Below are positions 55,291 through 63,984 of a DNA stretch of 64,000 bases, in pieces. The stretch is from Minisyncoccota bacterium (GTDB taxonomy: Bacteria; Patescibacteriota; Minisyncoccia; Phycocordibacterales; UBA2100), in NCBI GenBank assembly GCA_035500505.1, contig DATJXE010000003.1:70921-134920 (forward strand), given 5' to 3'. The notes beneath the pieces were generated by a model. It saw only the letters and a list, made by a program, of their open reading frames with translations, made no database searches and was not told the DNA's origin. Each line of letters starts with the position of its first letter. Positions within the stretch are counted from its first letter, which is position 1. A program made the translations under genes and the position numbers.

Positions 55291-56505
55291 TTACTGTACG
55301 AACTTGAAAGTCTGTGCAATATCATCAAGTTTGCCGAGTAAAGCTGTTTCTGTCTGCACTGACCATTGACGATTATCACAGCCGCTATTTACACAAGCAC
55401 TTGGAAACGAAGAAAGGCGAATATCTACGCATACACCATTATGAACTGCGGAATACTGCCGTTCAGCGCCTTCAAATGAATCGTGCGAGGTTACGTCGTA
55501 CTGAAGGAAAGTGAGGCTGTTGATAATCGTGTTCTTAGCGTTTCCTGAGAGGACCTCTCGATATTGCGCCGGTATATTCGGATCGTTATCTACCCAAACG
55601 AATGCTCCGGGAGATGTGCATTTTGCAACATCGGACGAATCCGCGCTGACGCTAACGGTCATGTAGCCTTCTGTTTGATAGTTGTCGGTAAGTTGTACAT
55701 ACGCTATCGGGCTACTGGAGAATGTTTTGATTGAGCCGTAGTCAGTTGTTCCAAAATATGCAGCGCTTGGATACTGAAAACTGAATCCATACTGTGCATT
55801 GCTATATATCTTTGTATCCGAAGAAGTGACGGCTGGCTGTGTAAAGTGAAAGGATTGAACTATCGACTCAAGGTCATTTTGTGACTGACTGGGTTGCTCA
55901 ACCCCACCTTGATAATTGCTGAACTCATCGTCGAGAATGGCGTAACACAAACCATTATGCGATGTGTAATACGCAGTAAAGGCCTCTTGAGTTCCGGCTG
56001 CAGCGTCTCCACCTGAGCTGGTCGTGAATTGAACGCCATGTATGGTCGCGGTACCGTATTTGGTGCTATTTCCTTCTCCTCCAGTTGGAGTATTGCACCA
56101 AGAATTGGTGCTGGTCGAAACGATAGGCACAACATACCCGTAGGCAAAGCCGTTTATCGGTTGCGGACTTTTTTCATAGAACACGACGAGGGGGTTGCCT
56201 CTGCATACGGAGAAACCTTCGGCGCAATCCGGATTTACTTGTGCCGTACTAGGATACTGCATAGTAAATCCATACTGAGTATTGTTGTATGTCTTTGTAT
56301 CCGAAGCATCGGATGTGGGATTTGCTTGAGCGGACTGTGACGGTTTATTATTCACCGCTGTCGCTGGAAGTTCGGGCAAATTCTGCTGTGTCTGGAATGC
56401 GGCATTTTGATCCATGACGTAATATGCCCCGCCACCAACGGCGATGAGTCCGAGGATGATAGCGATCAAGACCCCGAGGCCGATAAAACCCCTTTGAGTT
56501 TCCAT
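55291..56505 (-). CDS. Secreted protein with an internally duplicated ~110-aa domain, unknown function
   Basis: N-terminal TM; repeats DTKTYNNTQYGFTMQYP and DTKIYSNAQYGFSFQYP; visibly AT-richer than flanks. Confidence 0.55.
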   Translation of the reverse strand: METQRGFIGLGVLIAIILGLIAVGGGAYYVMDQNAAFQTQQNLPELPATAVNNKPSQSAQANPTSDASDTKTYNNTQYGFTMQYPSTAQVNPDCAEGFSVCRGNPLVVFYEKSPQPINGFAYGYVVPIVSTSTNSWCNTPTGGEGNSTKYGTATIHGVQFTTSSGGDAAAGTQEAFTAYYTSHNGLCYAILDDEFSNYQGGVEQPSQSQNDLESIVQSFHFTQPAVTSSDTKIYSNAQYGFSFQYPSAAYFGTTDYGSIKTFSSSPIAYVQLTDNYQTEGYMTVSVSADSSDVAKCTSPGAFVWVDNDPNIPAQYREVLSGNAKNTIINSLTFLQYDVTSHDSFEGAERQYSAVHNGVCVDIRLSSFPSACVNSGCDNRQWSVQTETALLGKLDDIAQTFKFVQ

Positions 56506-56625
56506 GATGCTTTAATTCTATAATGCGTGGCCCGAAAGTAAATCAGCTGTCAACTTGTTTCGAACAACCCCTGGGGTCGCACCTTTGCCTCAGACCTCAG
56601 AGTTGTCCGATAAAAAACTCTTGAG

Positions 56626-56710
56626 CGGAGGGGGTGAGATTCGAACTCACGGTGCCTTTCGGCACATCTGTTTTCAAGACAGACGCACTAGACCACTATG
56701 CGACCCCTCC
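56626..56710 (-). tRNA. tRNA-Ser (anticodon TGA), type II
   Basis: GGAGGGG acceptor, anticodon loop CTTGAAA, long variable arm TGTGCCGAAAGGCACC, T-loop TTCGAAT, discriminator G. Confidence 0.85.
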
Positions 56711-56734
56711 GGGAATTACCACTATACAATTCTT

Positions 56735-56766
56735 TTGAGCTACAACACCAGACGCGGTGCTACAAT
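56735..56766 (+). promoter_or_regulatory. Sigma70-like promoter TTGAGC, 17 nt spacer, TGCTACAAT; start codon 8 nt downstream
   Basis: Extended -10 consensus match; implies a leaderless transcript for the 56775 gene. Confidence 0.5.
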
Positions 56767-56774
56767 AAATACTC

Positions 56775-57248
56775 ATGCCTCCGCAAAGACGGGTGCTCCG
56801 CTGGAGCGCGTACGAACATGAGTTCACCGAGCGCGGCGCCGATTGGTTCTGGGCGCTCGGCATCATCGCGTTGTGCGGAGCGGTCTTGTGCGTACTTTTC
56901 CACGATGTTCTGTTCGGGCTCCTCATCCTCGTCGCAGCCGTCGCCTTCGGGTTGCTCGCCAACACCGCGCCGGAGCTGGCGACCTTTGAGGTCTCCGACC
57001 GCGGCATCCGCATCAACGGCATATTGCATCAGTACCACGACATCATTTCGTTCTGGGTAGAAGAAGAGCATCACCACGGCCGTCCACTCCTTCTTGTCGA
57101 TACCACAAAGTTCCTGGCGCCGAACTTCATCATTCCGCTCGAAGGCATCGACCCGCATCTCGTGCGCACGTTCCTCAAGCGACACGCCAAAGAAGTCCAC
57201 ATGAAAGAACCTCTCTCGCACAGAGTCGTGGAATTCTTCGGGCTCTAA
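56775..57248 (+). CDS. Two-TM membrane protein, unknown function
   Basis: ORF with TM pair and His-rich patch. Confidence 0.5.
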   Translation: MPPQRRVLRWSAYEHEFTERGADWFWALGIIALCGAVLCVLFHDVLFGLLILVAAVAFGLLANTAPELATFEVSDRGIRINGILHQYHDIISFWVEEEHHHGRPLLLVDTTKFLAPNFIIPLEGIDPHLVRTFLKRHAKEVHMKEPLSHRVVEFFGL

Positions 57249-57251
57249 GGA

Positions 57252-59552
57252 TCACTGTGCAGCGGCTGTTGATGATGCCGTGCCGACCGATACGGTCGTC
57301 GAGGCGATCCTGGTCTGTCCGCCGAGCGTCGTGCAGGTGAGATCGAATTCGGTTGGGCCGGTAATGCCGTCCGTTTGAGCGACGCCGTTGACGCTTTGGT
57401 TGTTCGCGTTCGACGCGGTGAATGCCGCGTCCTGCGGACTTGAGATGACGCACGCTTGCATGCCGGCCGTGACCCAGCCGATGGACGAGGGTTGTCCGTT
57501 CGGAACCGTCTTGGGGTTGGAGACGAGGACGATCGCAGGCTGGTTTATCTGCACGCTGCACTGCGCCCCCGTTGCTTGCGAACCGTTCGTGCAGGTGAGC
57601 CCGAAATTCGCGGTGTTCGTTCCCGAAGGCGGGGTCGTTATCACCGTCGTCGTCGAACCCGACGTTTGGTTACCCGTGGAGAAGCCCGCGCCGGAAGAAC
57701 CGGTCGCGTTCCCGCAGGAGTACGACATGGCGACCGTCATGCCGACATCGGCGGTCTGCGGCGAGCACGAAAGCTGCGCGGTCGGCGTTCCCGCAGTTTG
57801 TCCTCCGCACTGATAGCTCGTGATGCACCCGTTGCTCGCGGCCGAAACGGGTTGCCACGAACCGGTCGTGCATGAGGAAGCGGCAGGCTGCGGAGGCGGT
57901 TGCGAGCATGCCTGCCCGTTGGTGCCGACGCCGTAGGGCGTTTGCGACGATGTGCAGGAATTTGTTCCGGTGCACCCGGCGAGTGAAGTGCCGTTGAGCG
58001 TGGTGTTGCAGGAGGCGGTGCCACTGTTGTTCTGTCCGTATACGATCATGGTGTAGTTCGCGGCACCGTTCGGGTAGACGGTGTAGGACCCCGAAGGTCC
58101 GACATTGCCGACGCCGGAGATCTGGGCTTGATATACGTTGCCACTCGATGTCCAGGTGAGGTTCGCCGGCATGCCTGGTTGTGGCGGATTCGGGGATATC
58201 GAGAGTTGGCACGAGAGGCTATTATTGCATCCGAAGAGCGACGAAAGAACGGTGCAAGTATTGTTGGGGTTTCCGCCCTGGTATTGCGGGTTGCCGAATG
58301 TTGACTGCTTTAACCCTCTGAGGAATGAGCTCAGTGGATTTCCAGTGTTGTTTTGATTATTTGCTGGCGGTTGTTGCTGTTGCTTGCCCGGAGGACTGCA
58401 ATCTCCGCCAGGACACAACTGGTTAGCAGTGCTCGACCGGCAATAAAACGACAATCCGTCGTCAGTATACCCACCGGAGCTTCCGCTTGGGCATATGTTG
58501 CAAGCGGGAGGGTTGTTTGCGCCATTGGTACAGGTACCGCCTTGTGTTCCCGGAGAACTGGACAGTCCCTGGCAAATCGTTTGCCCCGTATCGGTGTACC
58601 CGGCAATTATTCCATTCGGACATGCATCACAGGTCGGAGGATTGGTGGCGCCGTTACCACAGGAGTTCGTGTTCGGAGTTTCAGGTGTGGGTTGGGTTGA
58701 TGTATTTGCACAAATGGTCTGCCCATCATCCGTGTATCCCTGAACCCCGCCCGGGCATGCATCACAGGTTGGAGGATTGGTGGCGCCGTTACCACACAAG
58801 CCATTGTTCGGAGTGATGATCGGATTTCCGTTGGCTCCATTGTCAGAGCCAGAATTGGAGGGTGGCAGATTTGCGGGTGCGGTATCGTTGACGCCATTCC
58901 CAAGAGGGACGTCCTTGTCCCAACACGCAGGCGTCCCGCCTGCAAAATAAAAGTTGACGTGACATGTCCACGGACCGCTTTGGACGGCACTTTGAACTTG
59001 GTAGGTACTGCCAGACAAAACATATTTACACACCACTTTCTTCGTGGCGGTTGGCTGACTGTCTGGATTGGTGCATTGGGTTCGATTTGCTTGGGGTTGT
59101 ACAGTCTTCGCTAATGCGGAGGGAAGGTTGGTCTGGTCGGAGGAAATGGTTTGCGGGAGGGTTCCCTTAACGGTTCCGTCAGTCGACGTATACTGGTACG
59201 CCGACTTTGCAGCTGCGTACACTTGATTACCCGATGTACAGATCCGAATTGCTTGATCTGAAAGTTGCGACGATCCGTTTTCGTATGAGGGTGTTCCATA
59301 GGCAGGGACTAACGAATACGACGGCACAACGGCAAGATTATAGTCCATCCCCTCTTGGCATGATTGATCGACCGAGGCCGCTGGAGCCGAAGCCTGTGCG
59401 GGAAGCGCGACGTTGTTCGCCGAGCCTGGTTGAAAGGCATGAAGTCCGAGCGCAACGGCCCCCAGCAGAGCCGCGAATACCAGCGCGGCGATGACGGAGG
59501 TTCCCGCCTGCGCGGCTGGCAGGCCGCGACGAGGACGCGGGCGAGAGGACAT
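57252..59552 (-). CDS. Giant Cys-rich secreted repeat protein
   Basis: N-terminal TM/signal; three tandem CGNGATNPPTCDACP modules; many paired Cys. Confidence 0.6.
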   Translation of the reverse strand: MSSRPRPRRGLPAAQAGTSVIAALVFAALLGAVALGLHAFQPGSANNVALPAQASAPAASVDQSCQEGMDYNLAVVPSYSLVPAYGTPSYENGSSQLSDQAIRICTSGNQVYAAAKSAYQYTSTDGTVKGTLPQTISSDQTNLPSALAKTVQPQANRTQCTNPDSQPTATKKVVCKYVLSGSTYQVQSAVQSGPWTCHVNFYFAGGTPACWDKDVPLGNGVNDTAPANLPPSNSGSDNGANGNPIITPNNGLCGNGATNPPTCDACPGGVQGYTDDGQTICANTSTQPTPETPNTNSCGNGATNPPTCDACPNGIIAGYTDTGQTICQGLSSSPGTQGGTCTNGANNPPACNICPSGSSGGYTDDGLSFYCRSSTANQLCPGGDCSPPGKQQQQPPANNQNNTGNPLSSFLRGLKQSTFGNPQYQGGNPNNTCTVLSSLFGCNNSLSCQLSISPNPPQPGMPANLTWTSSGNVYQAQISGVGNVGPSGSYTVYPNGAANYTMIVYGQNNSGTASCNTTLNGTSLAGCTGTNSCTSSQTPYGVGTNGQACSQPPPQPAASSCTTGSWQPVSAASNGCITSYQCGGQTAGTPTAQLSCSPQTADVGMTVAMSYSCGNATGSSGAGFSTGNQTSGSTTTVITTPPSGTNTANFGLTCTNGSQATGAQCSVQINQPAIVLVSNPKTVPNGQPSSIGWVTAGMQACVISSPQDAAFTASNANNQSVNGVAQTDGITGPTEFDLTCTTLGGQTRIASTTVSVGTASSTAAAQ
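58457..58817. repeat. Intragenic tandem DNA repeats (~120 bp units) encoding the CGNGATNPPTCDACP modules
   Basis: Repeated nucleotide blocks visible on both strands. Confidence 0.55.
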
Positions 59553-59619
59553 GCCATCATGATACCGCGTTTGAAACGAGGGTTTTTGTTGAGGTTTGAC
59601 CCGTGTGGAAAAAGAATAT

Positions 59620-59694
59620 TGGTGCTCCCGCCAGGAATCGAACCTGGATTACAAGCTCCGCAAGCTTGCGTTCTATCCGTTGAACTACGGGAGC
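59620..59694 (-). tRNA. tRNA-Arg (anticodon GCG as read)
   Basis: GCTCCCG acceptor, perfect CAAGC/GCTTG anticodon stem, loop TTGCGGA, T-loop TTCGATT, encoded CCA. Confidence 0.75.
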
Positions 59695-59706
59695 AAACGT
59701 AAACAA

Positions 59707-59737
59707 AGAGAGAATACTACGGATTCTCTCTTTTTTC
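59707..59737. terminator. Bidirectional hairpin terminator downstream of rpsT
   Basis: agagagaat-actacgg-attctctct followed by TTTTTT on plus strand and TTTGTTT on minus strand. Confidence 0.6.
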
Positions 59738-59768
59738 GAGTTTTATTTTAAGCGAGGTTGAACTTCGC

Positions 59769-60026
59769 TTATTTAGCGGCGATCATCTTGGAGAGTTTCG
59801 ACTTCATGCGGGCGGCGGTGCCTTTGTGGATGACGCCTCGCTTGGCCGCCTTGTCGATAGCTTGGAAAACATCGGCGAGTTTCGCCGTCGCGTCTTTCGA
59901 GGACCCTGCCACGAGCTTTTTGAAGTCCTTGACGCCGGATCTCATCGCGCGCTTGCGGCGCTCGTTGAAAACCCTCCGACGGAGGGCGGCTCGGGCTGCC
60001 TTTTTGGCCGAACTCGTGTTTGCCAT
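59769..60026 (-). CDS. rpsT: 30S ribosomal protein S20
   Basis: MANTSSAKKAARA... basic S20 signature; TAGTAT box 7 nt upstream. Confidence 0.9.
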   Translation of the reverse strand: MANTSSAKKAARAALRRRVFNERRKRAMRSGVKDFKKLVAGSSKDATAKLADVFQAIDKAAKRGVIHKGTAARMKSKLSKMIAAK

Positions 60027-60140
60027 GGCGCGATACTAGCCGAAATGCGCCCGGTGCGCAATAGAGGCATGCCCCGTCGCAAACGCTGCACTATCGAACC
60101 CTCAACGGATGCTGTAGCGGAAGTTTTGCTGCGGGGTATC

Positions 60141-60725
60141 ATGGAGCGCATGATCGGGCACATCGAAGGAGGAGTGGTGAAGGTTGGGGCTACTTTCGTT
60201 ATCGTTTCCTGTGGCGGCGTCGGGTACAAGATCGCCACGACCAAAGAGTTGGTCGCGCGACTCAAGACGGGCGAGCGGGTAGCCCTCTGGACGCACCTCG
60301 CCGTGCGCGAAGACTCGCTCGACCTCTACGGATTTCCGAACGAAGAAACACTGCGGTTCTTCGAACTGCTTCTCACGGTTTCGGGCATCGGTCCTAAATC
60401 CGCGCTCGCCATCCTCGATATCGCTTCCGTTGAGGTCCTGCGCTCCGCTATCGCCGCGGGCAACGCGAGCTACCTAACGAAAGTTTCCGGCATCGGAAGA
60501 AAGACCGCCGAGAAGATAGTGGTCGAGTTGCGCGACAAAGTGGGCGCGGCGAGCGAGTCGAGCAATTCGGCGCTCTCGGGCGACGAAGAAGCGATGGAGG
60601 CGATGCGAAGTTTGGGGTACTCGGCGCAAGAAGCACGCGACGCGCTCCGAAAAGTCCCGGCGGACATAGAAAAGCCCAGTGAGCGCGTGCGTGCAGCACT
60701 GAAGGCTGCCGGCCCGAAGACATGA
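60141..60725 (+). CDS. ruvA: Holliday junction branch-migration protein RuvA
   Basis: MIGHIEGG N-terminus, two HhH motifs, C-terminal RuvB-interaction domain; start could equally be 60150. Confidence 0.85.
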   Translation: MERMIGHIEGGVVKVGATFVIVSCGGVGYKIATTKELVARLKTGERVALWTHLAVREDSLDLYGFPNEETLRFFELLLTVSGIGPKSALAILDIASVEVLRSAIAAGNASYLTKVSGIGRKTAEKIVVELRDKVGAASESSNSALSGDEEAMEAMRSLGYSAQEARDALRKVPADIEKPSERVRAALKAAGPKT

Positions 60726-61969
60726 GCACTATCAGGGCTATCGCCCCCGCACAACTCGTCTCTCTCTATCACCTCTCGCTCGCCTACTTGGGCGCGTTGC
60801 TGCACGGCTTCCCTTCCAAAAAACTGCGCGTGATCGCGGTCACCGGAACCAAGGGAAAATCCTCGACCACGGAACTCATCGACGCGATCTTCGAAGAGAG
60901 CGGAGAGAAGACGGCGCTTCTCAACTCCATCCGGTTCAAGATAGACAACGTGTCAGAATCGAACCTGTTGCGCATGTCCATGCCGGGACGGTTCTTCATC
61001 CAGAAATTCTTGTCCGATGCCGTGAAAGCAGGGTGCACGACGGCCATTCTCGAGATGACCTCGGAAGGCGCGCGGCAATTCAGGCATCGCGCCATCGAAC
61101 TCGACGCGCTGGTGTTCACCAATCTCGCGCCCGAACACATCGAATCGCACGGTTCATACGAAGCGTATGCGGACGCGAAGTTCGAAATAGCGAAACAACT
61201 GCTTCGTTCCCATAAGCGCCCGCGCATTCTGGTTGCCAACGCCGACGATCCGGCATCGGAGCGATACCTCAAAGTGCCCGTCGAGTTCAATCTTCCCTTC
61301 TCGCTCTCGGAGGGCGGCCCACACGAAGCGGGCGAACATGGCGGCTTCTTCACCTTCAAAGGCGTGAGAATGGTCGTCGACCTCCCCGGAACCTTCTCGC
61401 TCCAGAATTCACTCGCGGCGGCGACCGTCGCAAGCGCGTTCAAGGTCCAGGAAGGGGTCATTTCGCGGGCGCTCCAAAAAGTATCGACCATCCCCGGCCG
61501 CGCCGAGCGTATCGAAGGAGGCCAGGATTTCACGGTTATCGTCGATTACGCGCACACGCCGGAATCTCTGCAGGCGCTTTACGACGCCTTCGGTGCGCGG
61601 CGCAAGATCTGCGTGCTCGGTTCGACCGGCGGCGGACGCGACCATTGGAAACGCCCCGTCATGGGCGCAATAGCCGAAAAAGAATGCGCCGAGGTCATTT
61701 TGACCAACGAGGATCCGTACGACGAGGATCCCGTGCAAATAGTTGAGGCGATGAAAAAAGGCATGAAAAAACTTCCCAGCGTCATCATGGACCGGCGAGA
61801 AGCCATCGCGACGGCCTTGCAAAAGGCGGGCTCGGGCGACGCCGTCCTGATAACCGGCAAGGGGACCGACCCGTGCATCTGTGGGCCGCGGGGAGAGAAA
61901 ATCCCCTGGAGCGACGCGGCAGTGGCTCGGGAAGAACTTGAAAAGTTGCTCGCGAGCGAGCACGTATAA
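60722..61969 (+). CDS. Mur-ligase-family protein (central ATP-binding and C-terminal domains; MurE/MurF/FolC/MurT-like)
   Basis: VTGTKGKSST P-loop; ATGA overlap with ruvA; exact family member not resolvable by eye. Confidence 0.65.
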   Translation: MSTIRAIAPAQLVSLYHLSLAYLGALLHGFPSKKLRVIAVTGTKGKSSTTELIDAIFEESGEKTALLNSIRFKIDNVSESNLLRMSMPGRFFIQKFLSDAVKAGCTTAILEMTSEGARQFRHRAIELDALVFTNLAPEHIESHGSYEAYADAKFEIAKQLLRSHKRPRILVANADDPASERYLKVPVEFNLPFSLSEGGPHEAGEHGGFFTFKGVRMVVDLPGTFSLQNSLAAATVASAFKVQEGVISRALQKVSTIPGRAERIEGGQDFTVIVDYAHTPESLQALYDAFGARRKICVLGSTGGGRDHWKRPVMGAIAEKECAEVILTNEDPYDEDPVQIVEAMKKGMKKLPSVIMDRREAIATALQKAGSGDAVLITGKGTDPCICGPRGEKIPWSDAAVAREELEKLLASEHV

Positions 61970-61976
61970 TGGTGCC

Positions 61977-62882
61977 ATGGTCAGAAAAGTCCTCTGGTAC
62001 ATCTTCATCGGGCTCGTGGTTATCCTCATCCTTGTCTGGCTCTTCACGGGCGGCATCGACAAGATCAAAGCGGCTGCGACATCGTTCTCGAACCCCTTTG
62101 GCTCAGGAGGTCTTTTTGGTGGCGGCGCCATACAGCTGCCATGGGCCATACCGATACCGCAAGGACCTGACATCTCGAATCTCACCGGGGACTATCAAGG
62201 CGGTTCGCAAGCCCAAACGCTCGGCAACCCTTCCGCCTATGGCAATCAGATAACGATATCGGCGGACGGCGCGAGCGCGAACGATCCGCAGCAAGAATAC
62301 GTCGTCATCCAAAATAACGGCGCGGCTGCGATCGATGTTACCGGCTGGTCGCTCCAGAGCGCGTTGAGCGGCGCAAGGGCTTACATACCTCGCGGCGCGA
62401 ACTCCTTCGAGGTCGGGGCGCTCAACGAACAGACCGACATAAACCTGGCGCCCGGCGCGAGCGCAGTGGTAACGTCGGGCCTCTCTCCGGTCGGAACGTC
62501 GTTCCGCGAGAACGAATGCAGCGGCTATCTTGAGGGGTTGCAGAGTTACACGCCGCCCATCCAAACGCTCTGCCCGCTGCCGAACGCGAACCTTTCGCAG
62601 GCCGCCCAGTACGGACAAACGTGCGCTGATTTCGTCTCCTCGATCCCCTACTGCACGTTCCCCAAACAATTCCCCTCGAACATTTCTCCTGCCTGCCAAA
62701 GCTACGTGCAGAACACCTTCTCCTATAACGGCTGCGTGCAGACCCATCAGGGCGAGGCGTCGTTCCCGCTCACGACCTGGCGTATCTACCTCGGCGCCTC
62801 AAGAGAACTTTGGGGCAACAGCCGCGATACCATCAGGCTCCTGGATTCGCAGGGGCAGGTCGTTGCCGTGACGTCGTATTAA
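61977..62882 (+). CDS. Secreted lamin-tail-domain protein
   Basis: N-terminal TM anchor; EYVVIQNNGAAAIDVTGWSL LTD signature; TATAAT box 7 nt upstream of ATG. Confidence 0.6.
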   Translation: MVRKVLWYIFIGLVVILILVWLFTGGIDKIKAAATSFSNPFGSGGLFGGGAIQLPWAIPIPQGPDISNLTGDYQGGSQAQTLGNPSAYGNQITISADGASANDPQQEYVVIQNNGAAAIDVTGWSLQSALSGARAYIPRGANSFEVGALNEQTDINLAPGASAVVTSGLSPVGTSFRENECSGYLEGLQSYTPPIQTLCPLPNANLSQAAQYGQTCADFVSSIPYCTFPKQFPSNISPACQSYVQNTFSYNGCVQTHQGEASFPLTTWRIYLGASRELWGNSRDTIRLLDSQGQVVAVTSY

Positions 62883-62889
62883 TTAGCGT

Positions 62890-63029
62890 GGGCGGGGGAA
62901 CCGAGGGCTGTTTTTTCGAACTCCGTACTCATCTCGGCTCCGATGTATATCACCATTGCGGAAATACCCCGGGGAACTTGAACGTGTCGCGCGCAATGTT
63001 CGCTAAAACAGCCCTCGGTTCCCCCGCCC
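62890..63029. repeat. Hairpin element E3: perfect 25-bp terminal inverted repeat around a 90-bp core, diverged member of the E1/E2 family
   Basis: gggcgggggaaccgagggctgtttt ... aaaacagccctcggttcccccgccc; core carries ccgATGTAT and ends gttcgct before the aaaaca arm, as in E2. Confidence 0.65.
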
Positions 63030-63036
63030 GACCGCC

Positions 63037-63750
63037 CTATTTCTTCACGGCCGCAAGCTGTTGATCAATGACCGTTTTAACCTGCGCATAGCTCTCAGCT
63101 CCCGCGACCATCTGGCTTCCGATGAGCATCGCCGGAGTGCCTTGCACGCCGTCTTGTTCGCCCTCCTGCTTGTCGGCATCCATTGCGCTTTGGTACTTGG
63201 TCGCGTTGGTCTGTGCAAGTTGCATGACCTGTGCGGTCTGTGCCGCGGTGAGGACCCCCGCCGTTATTTTTTGTATCTCGGCGGTCGTCGCCCATCCCGT
63301 GTTTTCTTCTCCCTGGTTCGCGTAGATGGCGTGGTGCCAATCCGCAAATTTATCCGGCGCGACCGCCCACACCGCGCGAGCGACATGTCCGAGCGTGTCG
63401 GAGTCGGCCCCGAGGAAAGAGAAGTCTTTGTAAACGATCTTCACTTTGCCCGTGTTCACGTAATCTTGAATGAGCTGCGGCATGACCGTAAGTTCGTTCT
63501 GTTTGCAAAATGGGCACTGGTAATCGAACCAGTACGCGATGGTGAGCGGCGCGTTGGCACTTCCGATGGTCGGGTTGCCCGACGAACTTACTTGTGAGGC
63601 ACTTACCGCCGCGACTTGCTGGGTGCCGGTTGCGAGAGGAGTGGCGCCCGAACCGGTGCGCCCGACCACGAAGATGGCTCCGGCGATGATTATTCCCGCG
63701 ATGACTATCGCGATGGGCGTGTAAAAGTTTGGGTTGATGCTTTGAGGCAT
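63037..63750 (-). CDS. DsbA-like thioredoxin-fold thiol:disulfide oxidoreductase, membrane-anchored
   Basis: CPFC active-site motif and N-terminal TM helix. Confidence 0.7.
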   Translation of the reverse strand: MPQSINPNFYTPIAIVIAGIIIAGAIFVVGRTGSGATPLATGTQQVAAVSASQVSSSGNPTIGSANAPLTIAYWFDYQCPFCKQNELTVMPQLIQDYVNTGKVKIVYKDFSFLGADSDTLGHVARAVWAVAPDKFADWHHAIYANQGEENTGWATTAEIQKITAGVLTAAQTAQVMQLAQTNATKYQSAMDADKQEGEQDGVQGTPAMLIGSQMVAGAESYAQVKTVIDQQLAAVKK

Positions 63751-63843
63751 GGTTGGGGTTTCAATGTGTATAAAAGTTTTTGCAGTATAGCAGATTTATA
63801 AAAACAATCTCAAAGGGGCCTGTTATGTGCTACAGTGCACGAT

Positions 63844-63984
63844 ATGGCAAAACGAGCGGATCAGGATATCAGGAATAAGAAGTCGCGTTCCCGCAAAACA
63901 GCGAAGCGACTCGCGGCGAAACACATACGGCTTGCCGCCAAGGGAATCCGGCGCAATTCGGTGAAATTCAGGAAGCGGAGGTAG
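63844..63984 (+). CDS. Candidate 46-aa highly basic small protein (ribosomal-protein-like), not in ORF track
   Basis: ATG to TAG; translates MAKRADQDIRNKKSRSRKTAKRLAAKHIRLAAKGIRRNSVKFRKRR; placed divergent from the dsbA-like gene. Confidence 0.35.
   Translation: MAKRADQDIRNKKSRSRKTAKRLAAKHIRLAAKGIRRNSVKFRKRR

Noticed and set aside
59364-59702. 112-aa plus-strand ORF
   Set aside because: It overlaps tRNA-Arg and the rpsT terminator and has Arg-rich low-complexity translation.
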